Shown one piece after another: positions 37,584-46,521 of a DNA stretch of 64,000 nucleotides. The notes beneath the pieces were generated by a model that saw only the letters and a list, made by a program, of their open reading frames with translations, ran no database searches and was not told the origin of the DNA. Made by a program: the position numbers and the translations under genes. Numbering within the stretch: the first letter of the stretch is position 1; the number at the start of each line of letters is the position of its first letter. This DNA is from Candidatus Bathyarchaeota archaeon (GTDB lineage Archaea > Thermoproteota > Bathyarchaeia > Bathyarchaeales > Bathyarchaeaceae), in NCBI GenBank assembly GCA_030608565.1, contig JAUWDY010000001.1, forward strand, positions 104,238 to 168,237, in the 5' to 3' direction.

Positions 37584-38229
37584 ATGAATCAGCTATAGTA
37601 TAGTTGTAACTAGAATAAAAAATCCCGAAATTTATAAGTTGCGGTTGATAAAAAAGTTATTTGAAAACCTTTGATATTGAGAAACGTTGTAGAGCATAAG
37701 GAGTTGGATTCTTGCTAAGGCCATGCATGCACCATCTGGTATATACACTTAAAGCATGTATGCAAAGAAAAATCAGAGTTTATTATGAAAACCAATGTTG
37801 ACTGATAAATTGTATGCATGCATTCGAGACCGCCTTCGCTCGTAGTTGAGAGAGGGTATAACTAGCGCGGAATGAATGAAGCAGTTTATGTCGCGCGCTT
37901 GCGCGATTGCGAAGCCTCAAGCAACATCGCAAATTAACTCGGCATGGAACCAAATAAAAATGAAAGTTTACGAATCAGTCACACAAGACACAGATTGACC
38001 GTATTTCTTGTGGGTTGTCGATATCAGAGCATGTAGGAAACTGGGTCATAGAAAACACAGAGCCAATAGATCAAAGAGTGAAGAAAAGCAAAGGGCAACT
38101 AACAAGAATAACAATAAAAAATCTAAACAAAATCAAACTGGAAGAATGGCTAAACATGATAGGGATCACTAGTAAAACAGCGTTACTAAGTAGTTAGTGA
38201 TTTTTTACATTAAAGCCTTCTACAGAAGA

Positions 38230-39633
38230 TTACAGTAACATTTTTAGCTCATCGATGGCCTGCAAAGCTCGTTTTCCACGCTTGGTAATTTTGAAGTATT
38301 TTCTTCTCTCCCTTTTATAGGCAATCACCAACCCTCTTTCTGAGAGTTCGTTTAGGTGCTGATAGACAGCGGCTCGTGTCATTGTTTTTCCAAGTTTTTT
38401 CCATAGGTCATAGCCGTAAGTGTCTTTTCTGCTGAGAATGCGCAGAATCTTTTCTTTTGTGCTTAATTCTAGGCCGACTACAGCGGTTTTGCGTTTTTTC
38501 GTCAGGGCCTGTAGTACATCGGTTGCTTTCAAACCGCTTGCGGTTATGAGACATACAACGCTGTCTTTCTTGTTGATAGTACCTTGAGCAACCATTTTTT
38601 CGAGCGCGGCTATTGTAGCTGAGCTCGCTGGCTCTGCAAAGATTCCTTCAAGCCTTGCGATTTTTTGTTCAGCGGTGAAGATTTCGGAATCGCTGACTGA
38701 GACAGCGATACCTTTCGATTCTGTTAGCGCCTTCAGTGCCCATATTCCGTTAAACGGGTTGCGCACAAGGATTCCTAAGGCGTGTGTGGACGGCTTATGA
38801 ACAACAGTTGGTTTTGATTTGCTTTTCAGGTGTGCATTGACTATGGGTGCGCATCCGTGAGCTTGTACGCCGACCATCTTCGGTAGCGTTTCAATCCTCC
38901 CGAGCATTTGCAGTTCTTTGAAGCCCTTCCAAATGGAGTATATAATTCCACCGCTCCCCATAGAAACGACGAACCAGTCGGGTACTCCAAATTGTTCCGC
39001 AACTTCGTATGCTACAGTTTTCTGGGCTTCAATTACGAGGGGGTTCAATTCAGCCGTGGCTTGATACCAACCTGTCTCTGCCGCCAATGACTCTGCCCGT
39101 TCTATGGAGTCGTCAACAATTTCACCGTATTCGTCAAGGATAGCATCGTAGATCAGCATTTGAGCCAGCTTACCCATGTCAACCAGTTTGGGAACAATAA
39201 TGTGACACGTGAGTCCAGACTTTGCGCAGTAAGCAGCCGAAGAGGCTCCTAGGTTCCCGTTCGAAGCACAAACCATAGAATTATGCTTCAAATCTAAAGC
39301 GTTGGAAACCATTAACGCGGCGCATCTGTCTCTAAAGGAATTCGTGGGGTTTCGTGTTTCATCCTTAAGATACACTGCACTCAAACCAAGCTTTTTGCTA
39401 AGACGCGTAGCTTTATGTAGGGGGGTGCCACCTTCGCCCAGTGTCACGGTGTTTTTGACTTCTGGAAGAAGTCGTTTGTATTTCCAAAAAGAGAGGGCAC
39501 CATCGAGCTTGATTCCTCTTAACTGTTCGAAATCAAGAGCATACTCCAAGAGGCCTCCGCACTTTTCGCATTTATATCGTGGAGGATACGGCTTCAGAGT
39601 TGCTGAACACTGGGTGCATCGCAAAATCGTCAT
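38230..39633 (-). CDS. threonine-synthase-like fold-type II PLP-domain protein lacking the Schiff-base lysine, fused to a C-terminal PadR-like winged helix
   Basis: 467 aa. N-terminal Zn ribbon CTQC...CEKC. The motif NPTNSFRDR stands where ThrC has NPTGSFKDR (Arg101, AGA at 39333-39331). The C-terminal ~75 aa, KEKILRILSRKDTYGYDLWKKL...VYQHLNELSERGLV...YFKITKRGKRAL, look like a PadR/wHTH domain. Confidence 0.75.
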   Translation of the reverse strand: MTILRCTQCSATLKPYPPRYKCEKCGGLLEYALDFEQLRGIKLDGALSFWKYKRLLPEVKNTVTLGEGGTPLHKATRLSKKLGLSAVYLKDETRNPTNSFRDRCAALMVSNALDLKHNSMVCASNGNLGASSAAYCAKSGLTCHIIVPKLVDMGKLAQMLIYDAILDEYGEIVDDSIERAESLAAETGWYQATAELNPLVIEAQKTVAYEVAEQFGVPDWFVVSMGSGGIIYSIWKGFKELQMLGRIETLPKMVGVQAHGCAPIVNAHLKSKSKPTVVHKPSTHALGILVRNPFNGIWALKALTESKGIAVSVSDSEIFTAEQKIARLEGIFAEPASSATIAALEKMVAQGTINKKDSVVCLITASGLKATDVLQALTKKRKTAVVGLELSTKEKILRILSRKDTYGYDLWKKLGKTMTRAAVYQHLNELSERGLVIAYKRERRKYFKITKRGKRALQAIDELKMLL

Positions 39634-39656
39634 AGTGAATAAACTCCATGAAATAG

Positions 39657-40049
39657 TTGTGTTCTCCTAACTTTTATCGATTGTTTAGTAAATGTTTAAG
39701 AGAATCCGAGACGAGTTATGAACAGAACATCGCTAGTGAAGAGCATCTGAGGGAAGATTTATTGAATATACGTGACTTGCAGCCCGGCATGAGCCGCGTA
39801 AGTATCAAAGTGAAGGTTGTAAGCGTTTCAGAACCCAAACATGTTACGTCGGGTAAGGGTGTTGAGCACGAAATCCTTGAGCTAGAGGTGGAAGATGAAA
39901 CCGGATCGATGGCGATGAATTTGTGGAACGAAAAGATAATTCCATTGAAAGTTGGAGACATCTTGCAAATTGAAAACGGCTTTGTGACATCATTCAAAGG
40001 AGTCCGGAGAATCAACGTCGGAAAATACGGTGAGGTAACGAAGGTTTAG
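39657..40049 (+). CDS. OB-fold single-stranded nucleic-acid-binding protein (SSB/RPA-like)
   Basis: The core IRDLQPGMSRVSIKVKVVSV...ELEVEDETGSMAMNLWNEK...VGDILQIENGFVTSFKG matches the archaeal single-OB SSB pattern. The true start is probably downstream of 39657 (a TTG near 39762 or the ATG of MSRV). Confidence 0.65.
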   Translation: MCSPNFYRLFSKCLRESETSYEQNIASEEHLREDLLNIRDLQPGMSRVSIKVKVVSVSEPKHVTSGKGVEHEILELEVEDETGSMAMNLWNEKIIPLKVGDILQIENGFVTSFKGVRRINVGKYGEVTKV

Positions 40050-40162
40050 TCGAGTTAAGGGTTTTTGTAAGAGGACAAGACTTTCTTCTCATAACGGTTC
40101 CCAAAATGTCAGCGTAAATCTCGTATGTCGTCCTTTTACTCAACATACTTCTCAAAACTGAG

Positions 40163-41236
40163 TCATAACTCCGTTGGGACGCTGGATGAACTACCGGCCA
40201 ATGTTTTGATTCCAACCCACTGCGTTGCCACAAATCCTATGGAGAGTCGGAGCCATACGGTTAAAATTCTTGTTAGAATGGTTGCAGCGCCGCCAATACC
40301 GACAGGAACACCGAGCAACGCGTAAAGGCTGATCATAATGGGTTCTACAATGCCCACTTCTGCGGGGATTCCTGCGGGTATAGCTTGAATGGCGCAACTG
40401 ATGGAATACACGGTAACCACGGTAATTATTACGCTGAAACTGAACGGGTAGCCGAGAGAAAGAAAAACCAGCAAAGATATGAGCAAACTAAAGAACCAAG
40501 ATACTATCGAAAAAATCACTGGTGGAACCAAGCTCGTAGGATGCGCACCTAAGATATCTATTGCCTGATGAAAAGCTTTCAAGGCTCTCTGTACTTCAGA
40601 TGTCAAACTGGTTAACCGCCAGCGACCTCTAGAAACAAACGCAATCAGCCTCAGCAAAGAATCGGTTATTTTACGGGTCATGTGCTCTTTGAAACATAAA
40701 AGGAGCAGGAAAACCAGTGTAATCACGGTGCCAAACGATACGAGTAATATTAGGTTCAAGATAAACCCAGGGATTTCATGCCTCAAAACTAGGAACGAGA
40801 GAGAACCAACGATCAGACTTCCTAGGGTTACCACAGATGAGAGGATTCTATGACTTACAACGGACGCTGCAACTCTTCCAGTGTTTTCGTTTGTTTCTTT
40901 GGACATTAAATAAGCTTTAGAAACATCCCCGCTAACCGATTCCGCAGGAACTAGAATGTCAACGAAAGCTCCAACCCAAACCAAAAGAAAAGTCTTCTTG
41001 AAAGAAGTTTTCACCGAGAGAGGACGCAAAAAATAATGCCAAGTCAACGCGTAGAAGAGTATGTCTAATAAAAAAGCGGCTATCGCCAGCGAGTAATAGA
41101 AAGGATTGACGCTTTGAATAGTTGCTATTATCTCAGGTATGTCAACGAAGAAGTACAGGTAACAAACAAAAACCAATAGGCCGATGAGCAGAAAAGGAAT
41201 GGACTTTGCTATCACCGTGCGCCTTTCTAACACCAT
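40163..41236 (-). CDS. flippase-like / lysylphosphatidylglycerol-synthase TM-region family (UPF0104) membrane protein
   Basis: 357 aa with about 8 TM segments and the family-like pattern PAESVSGDVSKAYLM. Confidence 0.6.
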   Translation of the reverse strand: MVLERRTVIAKSIPFLLIGLLVFVCYLYFFVDIPEIIATIQSVNPFYYSLAIAAFLLDILFYALTWHYFLRPLSVKTSFKKTFLLVWVGAFVDILVPAESVSGDVSKAYLMSKETNENTGRVAASVVSHRILSSVVTLGSLIVGSLSFLVLRHEIPGFILNLILLVSFGTVITLVFLLLLCFKEHMTRKITDSLLRLIAFVSRGRWRLTSLTSEVQRALKAFHQAIDILGAHPTSLVPPVIFSIVSWFFSLLISLLVFLSLGYPFSFSVIITVVTVYSISCAIQAIPAGIPAEVGIVEPIMISLYALLGVPVGIGGAATILTRILTVWLRLSIGFVATQWVGIKTLAGSSSSVPTEL

Positions 41237-41404
41237 TTACTGCTACACCCAACGCGCGAATAGAAGCAGATAACAGTTACTGCATATTATATTTTACTTG
41301 GCACGAAATCCTTCCACTACATATCGACAACATGGTTCATCTCGTCACATCAGACCTCGCCAAATCTAGATGTAACAACTTGCCAATGCGCCAATCATTC
41401 ATAT

Positions 41405-43030
41405 TCAAAATTCTGGTTTTGTATTTCCTAGCTTTCTGTCTAAACATGCCTTGACAAAGCCATAGTATTCTGGGTCCGGTTTGCCTGGACGGCTCTTGAA
41501 CTCGCCATGAAATTGTGAGGCTAAGAAGAAGAACTTGTCTGGCAGTTCCAGAATCTCTATTCTCCTGCCGTCTGGACTTTTGCCTGAGAATACCAGTCCA
41601 TGCTTTTGCAACACGTTCCAGTAGTCTCGGTTGACTTCCCATCTGTGGCGATGGCGCTCATAAATTTCTTCAGTCCCGTATAGTGTGTACGCCAGAGTAT
41701 TCTTTTTGACTATGATTTTATGTGCGCCTAACCGCATGGTTGCTCCCTTGTATTCGACGCCTCGCTGTTCAGGCATCAGATCGATTACTGGATTTGTGGT
41801 GTCTGGGTTAACTTCCGTGCTGTTGGCGTCTTCTAGTCCACATACGTTACGGGCAAACTCCACGACTGCCAGTTGAAAACCATAGCATATACCCAAAAAC
41901 GGTACGTTATTTTCACGCGCAAAACGGATTGCCCTCATTTTTCCTTCAGTTCCCCTGGGGCCAAAGCCATAGGGAATGAAGATTCCGTCGTAATTTTTGA
42001 GCAATTCTAATCTGCTTACATCTCTTTCGAGCCGTTCTGCCTTGATGTAGTCGATTGAAATTCGGGTTTGCCAGGCAGCTCCTCCATGTCGCAGTGCCTC
42101 GTTCATGCTTACGTAGCTGTCAGCCAAGCCTGCGTATTTGCCAACTAATCCTATTTTGACCTCGAAGCGTGGATTTTCAACAGAGTTCACGAATCGTTTC
42201 CACTCGCTCCATTTGGGTCTTTTTTGTGGTATACCCAACCGTTTACAGGCATATTTGCCCATGCCTTGCTTGTCCAAGATCAGTGGAACCTGGTAGATGG
42301 AGGGAACATTGTACGAGCAGAACACGGCGTTTTCTGGTATTGTGCCGAACAGCGCTATCTTTCGGAGGGCTTCGGAGTCAATCATTTTTCTGCATCGAGC
42401 TACGATAATGTCTGGTTGGATACCGATTCGGCGTAGTTCATTTACGCTGTGTTGGAGAGGTTTTGTCTTCATCTCGCCAGTGACGTCTAAAATGGGGATG
42501 AGGGCTATGTGAACGTATAGGGTGTTCTGGAATCCCTCTTCTAAGCGCATTTGACGAATTGCTTCGAGGAAGGGTAAGCCTTCTATGTCCCCGACTGTGC
42601 CTCCGCACTCGGTTAAAACGACATCAACTTTTGACCGTTTCGCGACCAAGCGGATTCGACGCTTAATTTCGTTCGTGATGTGGGGAACAATTTGGACGCA
42701 CTTTCCTAGGAAGTCGCCTCGACGTTCTTTGTTGATAACCGTCTGATATATCTGTCCGGTTGTGATGTTATTCACCTTTGGCAGGTTGAGGTCTAGAAAT
42801 CTCTCGTACCCGCCGAGGTCGAGGTCTGTTTCTCCTCCGTCGTCTGTCACATAGACCTCTCCGTGGATGTAGGGATTCATTGTACCTGCGTCTACGTTGA
42901 CGTAGGGGTCTATCTTTATCACTGTGACCTTGTAGCCTCTGGTTTGAAGCATTTTTCCGATAGATGAGGTTGTGATGCCCTTGCCTACGGAAGAGAGCAC
43001 GCCGCCCGTTACGAAGACAAACTTTGTCAT
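41405..43030 (-). CDS. pyrG: CTP synthase
   Basis: MTKFVFVTGGVLSSVGKG N-terminus (the ATG at 43030 is preferred over the GTG at 43051). GATase domain LGICYGFQ. Confidence 0.9.
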   Translation of the reverse strand: MTKFVFVTGGVLSSVGKGITTSSIGKMLQTRGYKVTVIKIDPYVNVDAGTMNPYIHGEVYVTDDGGETDLDLGGYERFLDLNLPKVNNITTGQIYQTVINKERRGDFLGKCVQIVPHITNEIKRRIRLVAKRSKVDVVLTECGGTVGDIEGLPFLEAIRQMRLEEGFQNTLYVHIALIPILDVTGEMKTKPLQHSVNELRRIGIQPDIIVARCRKMIDSEALRKIALFGTIPENAVFCSYNVPSIYQVPLILDKQGMGKYACKRLGIPQKRPKWSEWKRFVNSVENPRFEVKIGLVGKYAGLADSYVSMNEALRHGGAAWQTRISIDYIKAERLERDVSRLELLKNYDGIFIPYGFGPRGTEGKMRAIRFARENNVPFLGICYGFQLAVVEFARNVCGLEDANSTEVNPDTTNPVIDLMPEQRGVEYKGATMRLGAHKIIVKKNTLAYTLYGTEEIYERHRHRWEVNRDYWNVLQKHGLVFSGKSPDGRRIEILELPDKFFFLASQFHGEFKSRPGKPDPEYYGFVKACLDRKLGNTKPEF

Positions 43031-43256
43031 CAAGGGGCCTCGCAATAACACACCATAAGCTACGGTTCTGATTAAAATTCTTTTGTGTGTGTTTGTGGAA
43101 GGTAATCATTTTTTGTGAGTGGGCTGGGTGAAGGCTTAAGTCTATGATGTGAGATTTGAACTTCTAACCAGCTTGGGGATATCGCCTATAATCTCCTCTC
43201 AGCCGTGTATTCTATCCTAATCCTTTTAGCTATCCTAACCCCTTCCACTTTACTGA

Positions 43257-44264
43257 ATGAATATGCCGAGAATCATGCCACCGTGGGAAGTCGAAAGAAA
43301 ACTTATTGTGAAAGCTGAGGGGGAAACCAATCCAGATTACGGCTGTAGCCCAGACGAAAGACCTCTCGAAGACTACATCAAGTTTGGGGTAATAAACCTA
43401 GACAAGCCACCCGGGCCTTCAAGCCACGAAGTCACAGCTTGGACAAAACGTCTCATAAACATTCAACACGTTGGCCACGGTGGAACACTAGACCCTAAAG
43501 TAACCGGCATTCTCCCCATCGCCCTAGAAGAAGCCACAAAAATAATCCAAGCTCTCCTCGTCGCCGGAAAAGAATACATCTGCGTAACAAGACTTCACTC
43601 TGAAGTGCCAGAAGACCGAGTTAAAACCGTTCTAAACGAATTCGTAGGAGCAATCTATCAAAGGCCACCAATCCGATCCTCAGTCAAACGCCAGCTAAGA
43701 ACCCGCAAAATCTACTACCTAAACCTCCTCGAAATCAAAGATCGCAACATACTTTTCCAAGTAGGCTGCGAAGCAGGAACATACATACGTAAACTCAGCC
43801 ATGATATAGGCGAAGTCTTGGGCTGCGGAGCCCACATGCAAGAACTACGCAGAACAAGGTCTGGGGCACTCACTGAAGACCGTAGCCTAGTCACACTGCA
43901 CGACATATCATACTTCTACGCACAATACCAAGAAACCAAAGACGAAAAACACCTCCGCAGATTCATACAACCAATGGAGAAAACCTTGCGATTACTACCA
44001 AAAATCATCATACGCGACTCAGCCGTAGGTGCCATTTGCCACGGAGCCAACCTAGCAGCCCCAGGCGTCCTAGCACTGGAAACTAAGATATATCCAAACG
44101 ACGCAGTCGCCATGTTCACACAGAAAGGCGAAGCAGTAGCACTCGCAAAAGCGCTAGAATCCACAGAAAACATCTTAAAGAAAGACCATGGATTCGTCGC
44201 AAAAACACAACGGGTGTTAATGCCACGTGGCGTCTATCCAAAAAAATGGCAAACCCACAAATAG
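43257..44264 (+). CDS. cbf5: tRNA/rRNA pseudouridine synthase Cbf5 (H/ACA RNP catalytic subunit) with PUA domain
   Basis: 335 aa. INLDKPPGPSSHEV, GHGGTLDPKVTG and the C-terminal PUA pattern. Confidence 0.9.
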   Translation: MNMPRIMPPWEVERKLIVKAEGETNPDYGCSPDERPLEDYIKFGVINLDKPPGPSSHEVTAWTKRLINIQHVGHGGTLDPKVTGILPIALEEATKIIQALLVAGKEYICVTRLHSEVPEDRVKTVLNEFVGAIYQRPPIRSSVKRQLRTRKIYYLNLLEIKDRNILFQVGCEAGTYIRKLSHDIGEVLGCGAHMQELRRTRSGALTEDRSLVTLHDISYFYAQYQETKDEKHLRRFIQPMEKTLRLLPKIIIRDSAVGAICHGANLAAPGVLALETKIYPNDAVAMFTQKGEAVALAKALESTENILKKDHGFVAKTQRVLMPRGVYPKKWQTHK

Positions 44265-44325
44265 CCCCATTGTTTTCAAAAAGCCTAAAAATAACAGTGA
44301 CCCCTTTTATCCTAGACTGAAAGAA

Positions 44326-44471
44326 GCCGGGGTGTCCTAGAGCAACGCGTCAAATGCGGGAAATCAGGTAGGGAGCAGATTCAACCTGAAAAGAAGCTCA
44401 CGCCTGGAGTTCGATTAGAAAGCCTGTGGTCCTTTTGGGCCGCGTGGGTTCGAATCCCACCCCCGGCGCCA
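44326..44471 (+). tRNA. intron-containing tRNA, isotype unresolved (class II-like variable hairpin and G73 would fit Ser)
   Basis: Perfect 7-bp acceptor GCCGGGG/CCCCGGC. T arm GTGGG-TTCGAAT-CCCAC, then G73 and CCA. Hairpin GGTCC-TTTT-GGGCC just 5' of the T arm. Total length is 146 nt, so about 55-60 nt must be intron(s). I could not place the anticodon by hand. Confidence 0.6.
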
Positions 44472-44563
44472 AACTCCACGAACTACGTTTGAACCCTCGT
44501 TTTGAAATTTCATTAGTGGATTTCACTAATGTGCGAAGACCCTTTCTTCTAAGGATCGCTTTA

Positions 44564-45208
44564 TCACGAAGTTGCGCCACCTATTTGCCAACCATTTTCT
44601 TCCCATGCCTTTCTCATCACGGGATTGCGCTTGAGATACTCATCAACAACTTCCTTGGGTACTCTGTTCAAAAGACAAGAAAAATTGACACATTTGGAAC
44701 ATGTGTATTTTTGCAAAGTCCAAAAAAACATTATCAAGCCCCATGCGGTAAGAAGAGACAAGATGATTTGCTCACCAAGAATTAGGAATAGAAAGGGATA
44801 ACCGCACATTAGAGTGAAACCGATTAGAAGCTGAATTTTCTCTGAATTACTAATAGGTTCGGGATGGTATTTCCAGAACTTAGGGCACCCATAATTGGCG
44901 ATACAGTGTAGCGTGAATCCTTTTTCAGCATAATAAGGGCAATGACTGCAAAGGATACGAATCTCCCAGAACCCAAAAAAGATTATCGCCAGCCCCACCC
45001 AACCCAAAAGATACCAACCATAGCCACCCAATATCATTCCAACAAAAGCTGGAATAGCAAAGGTCAAGAAAAGACCCATAAAACGAAGCAAATCTCCTGT
45101 TCTAAAGCGACATTTCAGGCGACCAGCAATGGTGCAATCTTTACACTCGGAAATTGGCCTACAAGTACATATATTGTAGGGGTTATTTGTTTGCTCTTGT
45201 TTTTTCAC
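44564..45208 (-). CDS. Cys-rich integral membrane hypothetical protein
   Basis: 214-aa ORF (GTG start) with 4-5 TM segments and several CxxC-type pairs. Confidence 0.55.
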   Translation of the reverse strand: MKKQEQTNNPYNICTCRPISECKDCTIAGRLKCRFRTGDLLRFMGLFLTFAIPAFVGMILGGYGWYLLGWVGLAIIFFGFWEIRILCSHCPYYAEKGFTLHCIANYGCPKFWKYHPEPISNSEKIQLLIGFTLMCGYPFLFLILGEQIILSLLTAWGLIMFFWTLQKYTCSKCVNFSCLLNRVPKEVVDEYLKRNPVMRKAWEENGWQIGGATS

Positions 45209-45361
45209 GATGAAACTTCCCGCGTGCGCAACGGAGGAAACTCTTCCACCCTACAGGCTTGCACTGACCGTAGAGGATTTACTCTGCCCCGATACATGCA
45301 TGCATTTCTCTATTGAGTAGGTCACTAATGTTTATCCCACGGACATTGCATATTTATGGAT

Positions 45362-45574
45362 TCATTTTTCAGGTCTAACGATTAAATATCCTTCATTAAT
45401 TAGCCAGTGATGAAATTGCCATGTTGTAAATTTACATTTTGTCCTGCAAATTTGCCTTACTTTTTCATATTCCTCAGAACCCGGCTTCTTAGAATTTAAC
45501 TCCAATTGTACTGGACATTTTACATCATTGCAGAATTCTCTCTTCCTATAATCGACATATCCTTGAATTGACAT
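45362..45574 (-). CDS. small Cys-containing hypothetical protein (70 aa)
   Basis: ORF track only. Ordinary composition. Confidence 0.4.
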   Translation of the reverse strand: MSIQGYVDYRKREFCNDVKCPVQLELNSKKPGSEEYEKVRQICRTKCKFTTWQFHHWLINEGYLIVRPEK

Positions 45575-45705
45575 GGTTACAGAAAAAAGTCAACAAGATA
45601 ATAAGGTTTGTGCGCTCGCCAAAAAAATAGGTTGGTTTAAACTCTTCCAGAAGCACTTAAACCGAGTTCTAAACCTAGTATCCAGCGTCAAAAACAACAA
45701 TTGTG

Positions 45706-46389
45706 CTAGTCTTCAGTCTTGCTTGGTTTCGCATCTGGCTTGTAAAGCCGTTTCTCATAGGCTGATTTTGGCTTGAATTTACCCCGATACTGCCGCATAG
45801 ATGACCTTCTGCGCTCCACGTTGGCAAGCCGAGCTCGAGCCCTCGCTATCTTGGTCTTAGAAGGCTCTCGGAGTCTACGTGGTTTGGTTGGTCGAAAAGT
45901 TTTATCCATGAATGCGGAGGTGGCTTTCCTGCGTTTTCTACGAGTTTTCTTTTTGACCAATCCTTCTCTTCTGAAAGTAACCCTTTCATGTTCCAAATTG
46001 ACAGTGTGCACTTTCCATTTTACATCCAGCCACGCTTGAGCTTGAGGGCTACTCTGTGTGCTCCACCAGTGTCGATGATGCGTAGCTGAGAAGGGAAGGC
46101 TATCGTCGATTATCTCTTCAATCTTAGCGAAAGGCAATGTGACGTGATCAGCATACCGTGCTTTTCTCGCCAAATACCTACTGAGTGGACTGTACTTGCT
46201 TCCTCTTATCTTCGGTGAGACAAGCCTTCTGGCACAGTTCAAACAGATGAGGTTACCATCCCACGTATATGTGATGCAGTCTCTGCAGTACATTTTTTTA
46301 CAACGGTAACAACGCCTAAGGGAATAATGCGAAAATTTTCTCTCGCACAGCGAACAGTCTTCTTTCATTGCAGACTCCCTACGCTGCAT
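45706..46389 (-). CDS. zinc-finger protein with highly basic C-terminal tail
   Basis: 227 aa. N-terminal CSLC...CYRC..C..C...CLNC and a C-terminal Arg/Lys-rich region. Confidence 0.5.
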   Translation of the reverse strand: MQRRESAMKEDCSLCERKFSHYSLRRCYRCKKMYCRDCITYTWDGNLICLNCARRLVSPKIRGSKYSPLSRYLARKARYADHVTLPFAKIEEIIDDSLPFSATHHRHWWSTQSSPQAQAWLDVKWKVHTVNLEHERVTFRREGLVKKKTRRKRRKATSAFMDKTFRPTKPRRLREPSKTKIARARARLANVERRRSSMRQYRGKFKPKSAYEKRLYKPDAKPSKTED

Positions 46390-46521
46390 TAGTTTCTTCT
46401 AGTTGTTCTTCTCGTGCAGCGAATTTAAACATGTTCTTTCAGCAAATTCAGCCGGCAAAAGCCTTTATGCGCACTTGCAGTACAAAAGCTAGTTTAAAGG
46501 AGTAGAATAAGTGGTGTGGCC

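Noticed and set aside
37584-37900. Riboswitch upstream of the ECF S-component gene
   Set aside because: I looked for TPP, FMN, cobalamin, THF and preQ1 core motifs on the minus strand and recognised none. Only the ATGCATGCAT motifs and a short CGCGCGCTTGCGCG palindrome stand out.
38015-38197. 60-aa TTG-initiated ORF in the spacer next to the ThrC-like gene
   Set aside because: It sits exactly at the length cutoff, has no motif and no convincing ribosome-binding or promoter context. It was kept out of the feature list.
43146-43200. Possible C/D-box sRNA (ATGATGTGA at the 5' end)
   Set aside because: There is no CTGA D box in the correct orientation at the 3' end (CTCA instead) and no C'/D' pair.
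44326-44471. Idea that the long tRNA is tRNA-Sec (ATTCAAC loop with TCA at 44381-44383, long variable arm, G73)
   Set aside because: The acceptor and T stems are the ordinary 7/5 bp rather than 9/4. The stems flanking the TCA loop do not pair, and no selenoprotein machinery is visible.
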